DNA of 47,976 nt from Octopus bimaculoides (taxonomy: Eukaryota): NCBI RefSeq assembly GCF_001194135.2, contig NC_068987.1:110254372-110302347 (forward strand), written 5' to 3'. Positions 35,544 through 47,754 of the stretch are shown one piece after another. The notes under the pieces are model-generated. The model was given only the letters and a program-made list of their open reading frames with translations. It did not search any database and had not been told where the DNA came from. How positions within the stretch are numbered: the stretch's first letter is position 1; every line of letters starts with the position of its first letter. A program made the translations under genes and the position numbers.

Positions 35544-35651
35544 TTGGGTTGTCCAGAAAGTTCGTGCTGATTTTTAAAGGAAAGAAAAGGGTCAATAAAT
35601 ACTTGCCATTACATTTTTAATCAACCAAATATGAACCATTTTGTTGCACAA
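35544..35651 (-). mobile_element. 3' end of a mariner element inserted at TA, cut by a gap
   Basis: TIR-like ttgggttgtccagaaagttcgtgctgatttt directly after (TA)n; the minus strand 35649-35617 translates as VQQNGSYLVD*, resembling a mariner transposase C-terminus. Confidence 0.8.
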
Positions 35652-35752
35652 NNNNNNNNNNNNNNNNNNNNNNNNNNNNNNNNNNNNNNNNNNNNNNNNN
35701 NNNNNNNNNNNNNNNNNNNNNNNNNNNNNNNNNNNNNNNNNNNNNNNNNNNN

Positions 35753-35892
35753 TATTCTTTGTAAGCCTAGTACTTATTCTATCGGTCTCTTTTTGGCAAA
35801 CCACTAAGTAACGGGGATGTAAACACACCAGCATCGGTTGTCAAGCAATGTTGGGGGGACAAACACAGACACACAAACATATACACACACAT

Positions 35893-35933
<41 letters not shown>

Positions 35934-36097
35934 CGATGGGCTTCTTTCAGTTTCCGTCTACCAAATCCACTCACAAGGCTTTGGTCAGCCCGAGGCTATA
36001 GTAGAAGACACTTGCCCAAGGTGCCACGCAGTGGGAATGAACCCAGACCCATGTGGTTCGTAAGCAAGCTACTTACCACACAGCCACTCCTGCGCCT
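35753..36097 (-). mobile_element. SINE family A, tail lost in gap
   Basis: tattctttgtaagcctagtacttattctatcgg...spacer...cttctttcagtttccgtctacc...cacagccactcctgcgcct. Confidence 0.93.
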
Positions 36098-36240
36098 ATT
36101 TGTAAAGAAGAAAAAGAGGGCATAGACAATAGTAGTCTCACATAGAGAAAAATTACTTGATGGTCACAGGTGGAATGCCTTTGACAAGAAGTGTGCTTGG
36201 CTAAATACACCTGCAACTACCACTACTACTACCACCACCT

Positions 36241-36276
<36 letters not shown>

Positions 36277-36429
36277 AACACTGAAGTTCTTCACACCTCT
36301 GTCCAATTTGTCTGCCAAAACATGGCAAACAAACAAAAGAAATGACTTGTTATGAAATAGTTAAATGTCGGGACCCTCCCCTTTTCCAATCTAAATCCAC
36401 ATGCCAGCTTAGTACCATCACATAGTGTG

Positions 36430-36465
36430 CTAACCCTAACCCTAACCCTAACCCTAACCCTAACC
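36430..36465. repeat. Interstitial telomeric-type repeat (CTAACC)6, i.e. TTAGGG type
   Basis: Six exact hexamers. Confidence 0.9.
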
Positions 36466-36659
36466 ACCACCACCGCCACTGCCACTACCCCCAATTTAAT
36501 TCATATATTTTGTCCTGAGTAATGGACAACAATGCAGGTGACTAGAGCAACAGCAGCAAGAAGCTGATAAATACACAGCTGAGAGTTCATGGGATCAGAA
36601 ATAATTGCATGCAGGAGTGGTGGTCGTGGGAGTAGAAGTTGTAGCTCTTTCTCCTTTGA

Positions 36660-37000
36660 GAGTTAGGTGAGAGAGAGGGAGAAAGAGAGATGGGGAAGAA
36701 GGGGGAGAGAGAGAGAAAAACAGAAAGTGAGTGAGAGAAACAAAGAAAGAAAAACAAATAGGGAGAGAGAGAGGGAGAGAGAGAGAGAGAGAGAGAGGGG
36801 GGCAGATACATAGTAAGAGAAAGGAAGGGAGAGACAGATATAAAAGGAGAGAGAGAGGAAGAGGCAGAGATAGAGAGAGAGAGACAGAGAGGAAGAGGGA
36901 GAAGGAGAGAGGGGAAGGGACAGACAGAAAGACAGACAACTGAGAGTAAATAAAAGAGAAAGAGAGAACACAGACGGACAGACAGAAAGACAGACAACTC
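36660..37000. repeat. Polypurine (GA)-rich tract
   Basis: Direct reading. Confidence 0.9.
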
Positions 37001-37111
37001 ACAGTAAAATGATTTTGAAGAAAATTATCTGCAGAATTTGGTGTGGAGGGATTTTTGTTGTTGCTTTTAAACCTTGCTTAAAATTATAATTTATTATTAT
37101 TATTATTATTA

Positions 37112-37300
37112 TGTTGGCGGAACTGCTAAAGTACTGGACAAAATGCTTTGCGACATTCATTTAGTGGAATAACTTTATGCTCCCCGAGTTCAAATCTCAC
37201 AGACGGAGACTTTCTGTTTCCTCTTTTTGCTGTCAACAAAATGAGGGAACTTAGGCAAGTGTCTGGCCTTATACCAATGTAACGAAAAGTAATTTTCATT
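37112..37300 (+). mobile_element. SINE family B, very decayed
   Basis: ggcggaactgctaaagtactggacaaaatgctttgcgac...cgagttcaaatctcac...ctggccttatacc. Confidence 0.55.
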
Positions 37301-37659
37301 CTTCTTCATGCGGATAATGGTAGTAAGAGAAAATGGAGAGGAAGAGATAAGAATTTTCCAACATCATTCTTGAAACAAATCAAGGAAGAAAAAGTCTCAC
37401 AAAACCTTCAAACAACACCTGAAAGAATTCCTTTAAGAGGGATTAGACGAATACCCAGCAAAGGGTAATACCCAAAATGATAGAGAGATAGATAAACTGA
37501 TAGATAGATAGAGAGAGAGATAGATAGAGAGATAAAGGGATTGTTAGAAAAATAGACAGAAAGAAAGGCAGACAAACTGAGTGATAGACAGACAGACTGA
37601 CACAGATAGATAGATACATACACACATGCATAGGAACATACATACTTACACACATGCAC

Positions 37660-37690
<31 letters not shown>

Positions 37691-38302
37691 CATTCATAAG
37701 CTTTGTGTGGAGCTGAACTTGGATCCATTCGGTAACCAGTTAATCCCACATACATCAAGTAATCATTGATTGTTCAGACAGAGGCGAGAGAAATCGATAT
37801 TTCATTCCAAAAAGAATCTTATTAACCATCTGATTAATAATAATAATAATAATAGTAGTAGTAGTAGCAGCAACACAAGTTTCAATTATTTTATTAAAAA
37901 AAGAATTCAAAATATTTAATTAATAACTTTAATAAGAAGTACATTATGCACCCACCCCATCTCTCCACACATATGAACAGTAACAAAAAAAAAGAAAAAA
38001 AAAGGTTACTAATTGCCAAAATGAAGAGAAAGAAGAAGCAGAATAAATTTGGTAAAGGAATTAAGTAGAAGAGAGGTCTTGAAATTGTCATCATGAGATT
38101 ATTAGCCAAGAGGCTCTTAAAACGAAAACGAAAATAAAAATTAAAAAATATCACGGCGCAGAGAGTTTCAAAGTTAGAAAATGTATTTATACATAAGAAA
38201 AGTTTTAAATACTCGAACTCCTATTGAGTTTGCATTAATAGAAAATACAAAAAAAAAAAAAAATTAACTAAAAATAAAATAGTGGTGATGCTGATGTTGA
38301 AG

Positions 38303-38339
<37 letters not shown>

Positions 38340-38634
38340 TAATAATGATTTATGTTAAAATAATAGTTTCTTTATTTGACAGACTTAAAATTTAAGTAAC
38401 TAAGGTTTCAGTTTAAAAAAAAAAAAAAAAAATCTCTTCACATCTTCAAATACATACACAGACACATATATACACTCGTGTGTGTGTGTATGTATTTGTG
38501 TGTGTGCATACATGTGCATACGCGATCACAGATGCAGACATGTATATATATGTGCAATCAGACAGATACACAAATGTACACACTCATATGTTCACATACA
38601 CATGCACTCAGACACACACAATATGTACAAATCT

Positions 38635-38677
<43 letters not shown>

Positions 38678-38744
38678 CATGTACAAACATTCACAGACAC
38701 ACAAGCACATATATACACACACATAAAGTTAAAAGTAAGTGTAT

Positions 38745-39125
38745 GCCCTGTTGGTCCTAACAATGAGTAAATCGGTCATTCGATCAACCAGCTCATTAAA
38801 TTAGCATACAACTGGTTGAGTATACCACAGAACACATTTATGCTCTTAACCCTCAAGCAGAACCAGCATGATGCACTGTGCGATGAGACAGATCCTTTGT
38901 GTTACGGTTCCATTTCATTGAATGGGCTTCAGCACAGTGACCATTTTCCCAATTTCACAAGACTTGTGTGTATCTGAGCCTACGGTGCAGGTCAGCTCAA
39001 GGCTATGGATATGGGTCAGCTTGAGGCTGTGGTTCAAGAAATTGACCAAAGATGTCTTATGGTGCGATTTGAACTTAGAAACCTCATGACTGCAAAGCAA
39101 ATGCTTATACTATTTGGTCATGCTT
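38745..39125 (-). mobile_element. Very old SINE: decayed A-type head with a different tail
   Basis: ggtcagcttgaggctgtggttcaagaaattgaccaaagatg...tttgaacttagaaacc aligns weakly to the A head; the tail assignment is from recall only. Confidence 0.45.
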
Positions 39126-39169
39126 ACATATGCATACACATATGAATACATAAGCGGGCAGCCTTCCCC

Positions 39170-39170
39170 A

Positions 39171-39240
<70 letters not shown>

Positions 39241-39704
39241 TACACAAATATGCACATAGATATACATATACACACAAGCTGTTATTCGTCTTAAAAATAG
39301 TCTATTAGTTTTGTAAGGGAACAAAAAATTAAAAATATAAAAGCAAAATTATATATAAATATAAACACAAATATATACATACACACACACATATATATAT
39401 ATGTATGTACAAACGTATACATAAATGTATTCGTATACATATATATATACTTATATACAAATATATACATATACATATGCATGCATATATACATATACAT
39501 ACATAAATACATACAAATATATATATATATATATATATATACAAACATATTCATATATGCATTTATATATATATGCATATATATATACTTATATACAAAT
39601 ACATATATACATATGCGTGGATAAATACATATACATGCTTAAAAATACATACATACATACAAATACATATATCTACATATATATGCACACATACATACAT
39701 GCAA

Positions 39705-39747
<43 letters not shown>

Positions 39748-39770
39748 CACACATACACATACACACCAGC
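39170..39770. repeat. Mosaic (TA)/(CA)/(TACA)n low-complexity tract
   Basis: Direct reading; source of the IYIY ORFs. Confidence 0.95.
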
Positions 39771-40358
39771 TAGCATCATGAAGAACATGGGAAGAATGGT
39801 GTGATTGAAGAACAAAATCCCACAGCCGAAAAACGTTAAAAAACAGAGAAGACGAAACCTTGAGGCGTTTTGAGGGAACGAAAAAGCGAAAGAACATAAG
39901 AATATTATTAAAATAGATTGAAACCATAAGTGTCTTCAGTGGAGGAAATCAAGAAATATATAAATAAATTGGAGACAGGAATGGTGTAGTTAATTTAAAT
40001 AAACATCCTTTGCTTTCTTCAGCTACGACAATCATCATCATCATCATCATCACCAGTAGCTGCAGAGTATTAATGCCATCATAGCTTCCATTATCATGAC
40101 CATCACTACCGACATTATATTATTCATCATCGTTGTCATCACCATCACCATCGGCAACTTCATTGTCATCACAGTCACCGTCATCATGGACCACCACCAC
40201 CACCACCACCACCACCACCACCACCATCNNNNNNNNNNNNNNNNNNNNNNNNNNNNNTCAAGTTTTCCTTTTCTTTATTCCCTGTCTTTTAAATTTACAC
40301 ATTTAGCAAAAAAAAAAAAAATCTGTTTCCATTTATTTCCAATTTCTTTTATTTCACC

Positions 40359-40401
<43 letters not shown>

Positions 40402-41138
40402 GGTTGGTCTATTTGTTTTGCTTTTGTCCCTTTTAATTTAACTTTTAAAAACTTTGTCAACCACTAATGTGTTTTTGGGGAGTAAGCATATTTTGTCTGC
40501 TTTTTTGGGTTTTTTTTTTTTTTTCCAAACTGAAATGAAAAGCGACAGAAACAAGACACACACAACAACTAAATAAATAAATATACATAAATAAAATAAA
40601 ACTGGAAAAATTTGAAGTAATAAAAAAAAAGAAAGAAAGAAATTGAAGAAACGTTAAAAACGTACAAAATCTAAAAGAGAGTCTTGAGATAGCTTTTTTT
40701 TTTTTTGGCTTTATTTTGTGAAATTCCACCTCTGATAATAGCGAAAATATCTTACATTCATAAATGTCACAACTACAGGAGTCAACACACTCCAGGGTAG
40801 ATAGATAGAGAGATAAAATCTGAAAGTTTGGAGCCATTCAATCAACAGTAGAATCTAAATACAGCAAGCTCTCACCATTATATAATTATATTAGGGTGTA
40901 AAACTTTTACTAAGATTATCTATGCAATTAGTAGACAAAAACTCCCATTAGCAGTGGAGTTGTTTAAAATTTAACAACTAGTAAGAGAGATATAACTACT
41001 TTAAGATCAGCTGGGTGGAATTTTTGGGAGTGGATGTGGTTTTAAAGTCAATTGCTAAAAATAACAAAACATGTTTTGGTATTATTAAACCTCCTCAGTA
41101 ATGAATATTCTCCCCACCCATGAGCAAAACTTTATCTT

Positions 41139-41215
41139 CATCATTGTTTTAATGCTATTTTTGCATGCTTGCATGGGGTCAGATGGAAATTGTTAAGACA
41201 GATTTGTCTAAGAAG
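41139..41215 (-). mobile_element. Tail F fragment
   Basis: catcattgttttaatgctatttttgcatgcttgcatggggtcagatggaaattgttaagacagatt. Confidence 0.65.
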
Positions 41216-41233
41216 GATGGGATTGTATGCATA

Positions 41234-41412
41234 CTCTTTTATTCTTTTACTTGTTTCAGTCATTTGACTGTGGCCATGCTGGAGCACTGCCTTCAGTTGA
41301 ACAAACTGACCTCAGGACTTATTCTAAGTTATGTGGACGTAAACACACCAACGTCAGTTGTCAAGCGATGGTGAGGGACAAACAGACATACAAACATACA
41401 TGCACACACACA

Positions 41413-41446
<34 letters not shown>

Positions 41447-41882
41447 CTTAATTAATTCAATAATAGGATAAAATCTTTTACAAGAATTTATCAAGTAGCT
41501 AGCGTGAAAAAACCTCATAAGGGAAAAATCCATCATTATTCCCCAAAATATATTTATTTATATAAAGGGCATTACTATACATGAATGCCTCACACTATTG
41601 AGGGACTCTAAGGTCAAACTACCATAATAAACACATTTTTACCGAAAGCTAGGAAATGCAACTTTCAAAACTGGCCTCTTAAAAACAGACTAAACTATAG
41701 ATCGACGATTTCGCAGTTATATATATAATGATGGGCTTCTTTCAGTTTCCGTCTACCAAATTCACTCACAAGGCTTTGGTCAGCCCGAGGTTATAGAAGA
41801 AGACACTTGCCCAAGATGCCACGCAGTGGGACTGAACCTGGAACCATGTGGTTGGTAAACAAGCTACTTACCACACAACCGA
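41234..41882 (-). mobile_element. SINE family A split by an insertion in its (TA)n spacer
   Basis: 3' half at 41234-41400, (TA)n at about 41420-41446, head at 41729-41882. Confidence 0.9.
41447..41718. mobile_element. About 270-bp unclassified insertion inside the SINE A (TA)n
   Basis: Foreign sequence flanked by TA runs on both sides, between the two halves of one SINE; no TIR or ORF seen. Confidence 0.65.
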
Positions 41883-42054
41883 CCAATTTTTTTTTTTAAT
41901 TCTGAGACTGGTGGAATAAAGTTATCCTTATATCAAAGACCTGACTTGAACGCTTGCAATATGTTGGCTCCAAGCACTAACGGCACCAGGAGGAGATGTT
42001 CAAGTAGATGCTGGTAGTAGAATGAAGACTGGTAGCTCATCAGGTGAGCATTTG

Positions 42055-42330
42055 GCTGATTAATGGAATCATAACGGCATCAAACGAAATGCCCTGCGGT
42101 AATTAGTTCAGGCATTTTGTATTCTTGAATTTTAAACCCTATTGAGGTCAGCTTTGCTTTTCATCCTTTTCATCACAATCATCATCATCATCATCATCAT
42201 CATTGTTGTCATTTAATGTCTGTCTTCGTCTTCCACGTTGGCATGGGATTGAACAGTGTAACAGGAGCTGGCAAGACAAAGGACTGTGCCAACTGTGCCA
42301 AAGTTCCAATGTCAGAGTTGGTAAGTAAAG
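42055..42330. mobile_element. SINE B fragment (+) followed by tail F fragment (-) at a (CAT)n tract
   Basis: ttgaggtcagctttgcttttcatcctttt, then (cat)n, then tttaatgtctgtcttcgtcttccacgttggcatgggattgaacag. Confidence 0.6.
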
Positions 42331-44164
42331 GACCAGTCAATTACAGAGAAATTTTATTCTTCTTAATTTCTCTCCTTCCTTCTTTTTTCCCTCCACCCTC
42401 AATATCTTGGAATCTGCTGTGCTGTGCTAAGAGAGGCTCGCAGTGGGGAGGGAGGGGCGGGAAGGGGGTCGAGTCCTCCTCGCAAGTGCATTCATCCAAA
42501 ATATGGAAGAGCATAACATTAGTTGCTCCCAACCGTTTCCTCATCTAGTATGCTGTAACTGTCTGAAGAAAAAACCAGAAATATGGTGTGCCATTGATGG
42601 ACTGGTGTATAAGAAAGGCAAAGAACGCTTAAATAAACAAATTTTTTTAAAATGGTAAGAAGGCAAGCCAATGCCATGGAGCATAGAAGCAAACCATGTC
42701 CACAACAGAAGTTTCACTTCCTGCTTGTAAGTATTGCACGTTGCTTACATCACTAAAAGCCTTTAGGACAAAAAACTTGTTTTCTTCTTCTGGCCTTAGT
42801 TGAATTCAGTTTTTTCCATTTTTTTCCCCCTTTTTTTAATGCATTTTTTTTTGTTTCCATCAATACTTTTGGATGAGTAAATTTGACACCATAACCATTG
42901 ACTCGTCATGTTCTTTCTATATAAACTGCTTAGGCTTTTCACAATAGATCAACATTTGCAGGAACTAACTGTGGTGATTCATAGTTTGATATTTCTACCA
43001 TTAGAGAGAAAAAAAACACACATACACACACAAAAAAAATACCAAAAAAAAGGCTAAAAAAAATCTCTCCATATAACAAAACATACATATATACGCATAT
43101 ATAAATATGCACGTACATACACAAAAAATAAAAAATAAAATGGCAAAAGAAACTCCAGGCCAAAAACAAGAGTGCAGACAATCAGCGGTTTGGTTAGATA
43201 CTTGGTTCCAAAAGAGTAAATTCTTCAAGCTGCTCCTGCTAATGGCAATGGAAACGGAGCATGTATCTGTATCACAAAATCTCTCTCTCTCTCTCTCTCT
43301 CTCTCCTTCTCACTCTAGCAATCTCCCCCCCTCTCTCTCTCTCTACTTCTCAATCTTTCTCTTTCTCTCTCTCTTTGACTACAAAAGCAGCAGGCTTGCT
43401 GTAGAACTGTTGCAAACATTAGCTAATAATTCACAGGAGCTGTTGTTTTTACAGAATGCTATTTCGATAAACAGAACCACTAGCATGGAGAAAAGATCTT
43501 GGAACAGAGTTCTGCATCAAAGATAAACTGTTAAAGAGAAGAACTGAATGCAATAAAATACACAATTCCTTCAGAGAAGCAAGAACGGTTTTCATAAATA
43601 CTTTATTTATTTATGTATTTATTATTATTATTATTATTATTTGTATTTCTTGTTTTCTTTTTCTTTCTTATTAACTTATTCCTTTCTTTTCTGATCCTGG
43701 TTCTTGCCTGTATTTTGCTAAACAAATAAAAGGGAGCTGTCGTTTATATCTTATTTCCATGTTGTAGAAAACAAACATTTACAAAATACAAGTACAAAAA
43801 AAAAAAAAGACAACCCAAAAAACCCCCATAAAAGGCTCACTTTCTATTTATTTATATATTATTCGTTTTATTTCATACATTTATCTATCGATACCTACTG
43901 AAATCTAACTATTTCCCCCACCTTTTTTTTTTTGTCTTTAAGAAAGGGGCCTCAAAAACTAAGTGACAACCTCAACTGTAAGACAATGAAAGATTCATTT
44001 GATAGCTAGTTGTTGTTTGTTTGTTTGTTTGTTTGTTTAACCATAAATCATCCCAGATTGAGCTGATTTATGAGTGAAGATGTTCCAGCAGAAAAAAAAA
44101 AAGAACACATTAAATAGTGTAGTCTTAGATACACTAGGTCTCAACAAAATATAATATCACCTTT

Positions 44165-44328
44165 CGCTGATATAATATCGACCCAGTACGCAACTGGTAC
44201 TTAATTTATTGACCTCAAATGGATGAAAGGCGAAGTCGACCTTGGTGGAATTTGAACTCAAACCTAAAGACACAAAATACCACTAAGCATTTCACCCAAT
44301 GTGCTAACGTTTCTGCCAACTCGCTGAT
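44165..44328 (-). mobile_element. SINE family B, 3'-truncated
   Basis: atcgacccagtacgcaactggtacttaatttattgacc...ggatgaaaggcgaagtcgaccttggtggaatttgaactca...gctaacgtttctgccaactcg. Confidence 0.88.
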
Positions 44329-44555
44329 TATTCGTTGTCGTAACCAATGGAGAGCCAGGCCACTTTATCAACCCCAATGCAGTAACATTGCAAGGATTCT
44401 CCCTGAACCTGGAAAGGGAGTGGGACAAAGACATTTTTAATGTTCACACCTTAATTAATAAGCAAATTTTGTAATTAACAAAGAAATCTTGAACTATTCC
44501 TACCAGCACTGGTGAAGGGCTCATTTCCCCCAGCCATGTGCCCCTACTTTGCTGC

Positions 44556-44813
44556 AACCCTAGTTATTTACTGGTACTTATTTTATTGATCCAAGTATTT
44601 TACTGGTATACATTTTATCAACCCAAGAATTTTAGTGGCACTTATTCTGTTAATCCCTAGTATTTTACTGGTGCATATACTATCAAAAGTTTTACTGTTA
44701 CTTATTTTTTCCAACCCACGTATTTTACTGGTATTGGTAGCATTTGGCAAGTACTTATTTATCCAACTCAGATAAGAATGAAGAATGGCAGAGCATATCC
44801 TGACAGGATTTGA
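44556..44813 (-). repeat. About 31-bp minisatellite (about 7 units) derived from the SINE B core
   Basis: Units resemble agtattttactggtacttattttatcaaccca; the last unit runs into gataagaatgaagaatggcagag...ggatttgaa, the continuation of SINE B on the minus strand. Confidence 0.75.
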
Positions 44814-45221
44814 AGTAACATACAGGGATGTAACTAAACAGCGTAAAATCAATTTTTGTCCTCCGTTACATCTGGCATTGTTTTAACTGTGGTTTACCAA
44901 TCTCTATACTTAAGGGAAAGGACACCACACACACACACATACACAGACACACACACACGTAGGAACAGAAATAACTTATGGAATAAAAGAGAAGATTAAA
45001 CAAACAGAAAAGGAAACACATACACACATCTATATGTGTATGTGTGTGTGCGTGTGTGTGTGTATGTGTGTAAGTGAGAGCATATGTGCGTTAGAGTATG
45101 TATGTATGTATGATTGAAATACTATGTGTATGTATGTGGCAGTATAAATGTGTGCATACAGAGATGCAAGTGACTGTGTGTATATGTATGTATATATATA
45201 TATGTGTGTATGTGTATATAT

Positions 45222-46176
45222 NNNNNNNNNNNNNNNNNNNNNNNNNNNNNNNNNNNNNNNNNNNNNNNNNNNNNNNNNNNNNNNNNNNNNNNNNNNNNNN
45301 NNNNNNNNNNNNNNNNNNNNNNNNNNNNNNNNNNNNNNNNNNNNNNNNNNNNNNNNNNNNNNNNNNNNNNNNNNNNNNNNNNNNNNNNNNNNNNNNNNNN
45401 NNNNNNNNNNNNNNNNNNNNNNNNNNNNNNNNNNNNNNNNNNNNNNNNNNNNNNNNNNNNNNNNNNNNNNNNNNNNNNNNNNNNNNNNNNNNNNNNNNNN
45501 NNNNNNNNNNNNNNNNNNNNNNNNNNNNNNNNNNNNNNNNNNNNNNNNNNNNNNNNNNNNNNNNNNNNNNNNNNNNNNNNNNNNNNNNNNNNNNNNNNNN
45601 NNNNNNNNNNNNNNNNNNNNNNNNNNNNNNNNNNNNNNNNNNNNNNNNNNNNNNNNNNNNNNNNNNNNNNNNNNNNNNNNNNNNNNNNNNNNNNNNNNNN
45701 NNNNNNNNNNNNNNNNNNNNNNNNNNNNNNNNNNNNNNNNNNNNNNNNNNNNNNNNNNNNNNNNNNNNNNNNNNNNNNNNNNNNNNNNNNNNNNNNNNNN
45801 NNNNNNNNNNNNNNNNNNNNNNNNNNNNNNNNNNNNNNNNNNNNNNNNNNNNNNNNNNNNNNNNNNNNNNNNNNNNNNNNNNNNNNNNNNNNNNNNNNNN
45901 NNNNNNNNNNNNNNNNNNNNNNNNNNNNNNNNNNNNNNNNNNNNNNNNNNNNNNNNNNNNNNNNNNNNNNNNNNNNNNNNNNNNNNNNNNNNNNNNNNNN
46001 NNNNNNNNNNNNNNNNNNNNNNNNNNNNNNNNNNNNNNNNNNNNNNNNNNNNNNNNNNNNNNNNNNNNNNNNNNNNNNNNNNNNNNNNNNNNNNNNNNNN
46101 NNNNNNNNNNNNNNNNNNNNNNNNNNNNNNNNNNNNNNNNNNNNNNNNNNNNNNNNNNNNNNNNNNNNNNNNNNNN
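45222..46176. other. Assembly gap (largest of 14)
   Basis: Other N-runs: 805-1180, 3689-3915, 6373-6382, 8778-9058, 10132-10208, 11730-11807, 13526-13706, 18599-18608, 25379-25388, 27754-27763, 28859-28906, 35652-35752, 40229-40257. Confidence 1.
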
Positions 46177-46409
46177 GTCTCCATGACTACGATCACCGCA
46201 ATTGTGTTTGGTACCGCCACCTCTTTTCAATTCTGCTCCTATTACTACTACCACTGCACCATCACAACTACCCATTGCCAGTGTCTCCACCACCAACACC
46301 ACCACCCCCACCAACTTCACCACCACCACCAACTTCACCATTTGTCTTTGCTTCCACCACCACCACCATCACAACACTGTCTCTGCTGTTAGCTGAAACT
46401 TCTTCATGA

Positions 46410-46625
46410 TTACTCAATTTGCTAGAAATAGCAGCAAAATCTCCAACAAATCATACCTGACCTTCGTAAAGAAAAAAGTAACAACATGTCAGAAAATGTA
46501 ATCCTGGATTCCTTGCACATATATATATATATAGGAAGGAACAAAAGACTAGATGGTCACAGATGGAAGGCTCCTTGATCATAGGCCAGCTTGATCAAAG
46601 GTTGACCTGGGGCTAAACAACAACC
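46410..46625 (-). mobile_element. Family E repeat, full-length copy
   Basis: gctagaaatagcagcaaaatctcc...gatggtcacagatggaaggctccttgatcatagg...ttgacctggggctaaacaacaac. Confidence 0.75.
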
Positions 46626-47439
46626 CAAAAAACAACAGCTGAAAATTGAAAATTTTAAGAAAAACAAATGAAAAGAAAAAAAATTTCTAAAAGAAACAAA
46701 AAAAAACTCTAGCAAGAAGACAGCCATTTCTTAACTACCACTTCCATCATCACAAAGAAAAAAAACAAAAAGATGGTAAAATAGCAAGAAAAAAAAACAA
46801 AAAAAAACAAAAAAAGAACAATGCCGAATATGATAAATTTGAGGGAGTATTCGCAAGTCTTCAGTGTTGTGTGCATTCAGAAATAACCAGAAGCAATCAT
46901 CCGTGGCAGAATTCAGAACAGAGCGATGAAGACCAGAAGATTCCCAACCGAAATAAAAATAAAACAAGCGAACAAGTGTCTTTTGGTATTGCAGAACTAA
47001 TACAATGCTTTATTAAGATTTCACAAGAACAACAATTACCATTCTAGATGGTGGCAGGGGTGAGTGGGCGGGGTAGTTTGTTTTTTGGTTTCTTATCTTT
47101 GTTGCGTTTTTTTTTTTTTTAATTTTAATTTTCTTTTGCATTTTATTATTTTTTTTTCTTAATTATTGAAAGAAGGAAACTGCAAAAAAGATGGACAGAT
47201 GATAAAACCGAAGATATTCTCTAGTGGAAAGAAACATCGTTTATTTGAAAATTACCAAAATCTATAAATAGCTTCTCTTAAAAAAAAAAAGAGAGAGAGA
47301 GAAGGGTGAGGTGATGGGGAAGTGCCTTTAAACGGTGAAGCAAACAATAAAAAAAAACCCTTCCCAATATGATTGGTTGGCTGATCAACTATTATATGAC
47401 CTGAAATGGGTCAATGATGGACTCTCAAAATGGTCACTC

Positions 47440-47650
47440 GATCTGCAAGAAATAGCACCCAAGTTTTCCTTCAAACTACTTTCTTGCTATCTTAGAAAGG
47501 AAGGAGCCATAGGATAAGAACAACAACTGAATGAACAAAACAAAATAAAAGGAGAAAGAAAGAAACAAGTTTGGCAGGTCATTGCTGGAGTGGTCTTTGA
47601 TCATGGGTCTGCTTGACCATAACTGACCTGGGGTTACAAAAAACAACAAA
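47440..47650 (-). mobile_element. Family E repeat, full-length copy
   Basis: ggtcactcgatctgcaagaaatagcacccaag...ggtcattgctggagtggtctttgatcatgggtctgcttga...tgacctggggttacaaaaaacaac. Confidence 0.7.
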
Positions 47651-47754
47651 AAGAGTCTTTTAAAATAAGTAAAGATAGATAGAGGGAGATAGAGAGATCT
47701 TTCACTGGTGAAAAATTCCCCTACCCCCACCCCCAAAACTGGGCCAATAATTGC

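Noticed and set aside
41950-42049. Possible exon ending at cag/gtgagc
   Set aside because: Good donor but weak acceptor, an in-frame stop shortly upstream, and no recognisable homology.
42443-42658. ORF with CCNC-x8-C-x2-D (half B-box-like) and a GTAAGA donor
   Set aside because: The second half of the zinc ligands is absent, the N-terminus is a translated G-tract, and the acceptor is unclear; chance is sufficient.
43107-43526. 139-aa ORF
   Set aside because: It spans a (CT)n microsatellite and has no recognisable domain or Kozak context.
46691-47047. Stop-free frame of about 118 codons with a nearby acceptor (46880) and GTGAGT (47060)
   Set aside because: No ATG, partly poly-A, and the frame stops before the donor; the length is within chance expectation.
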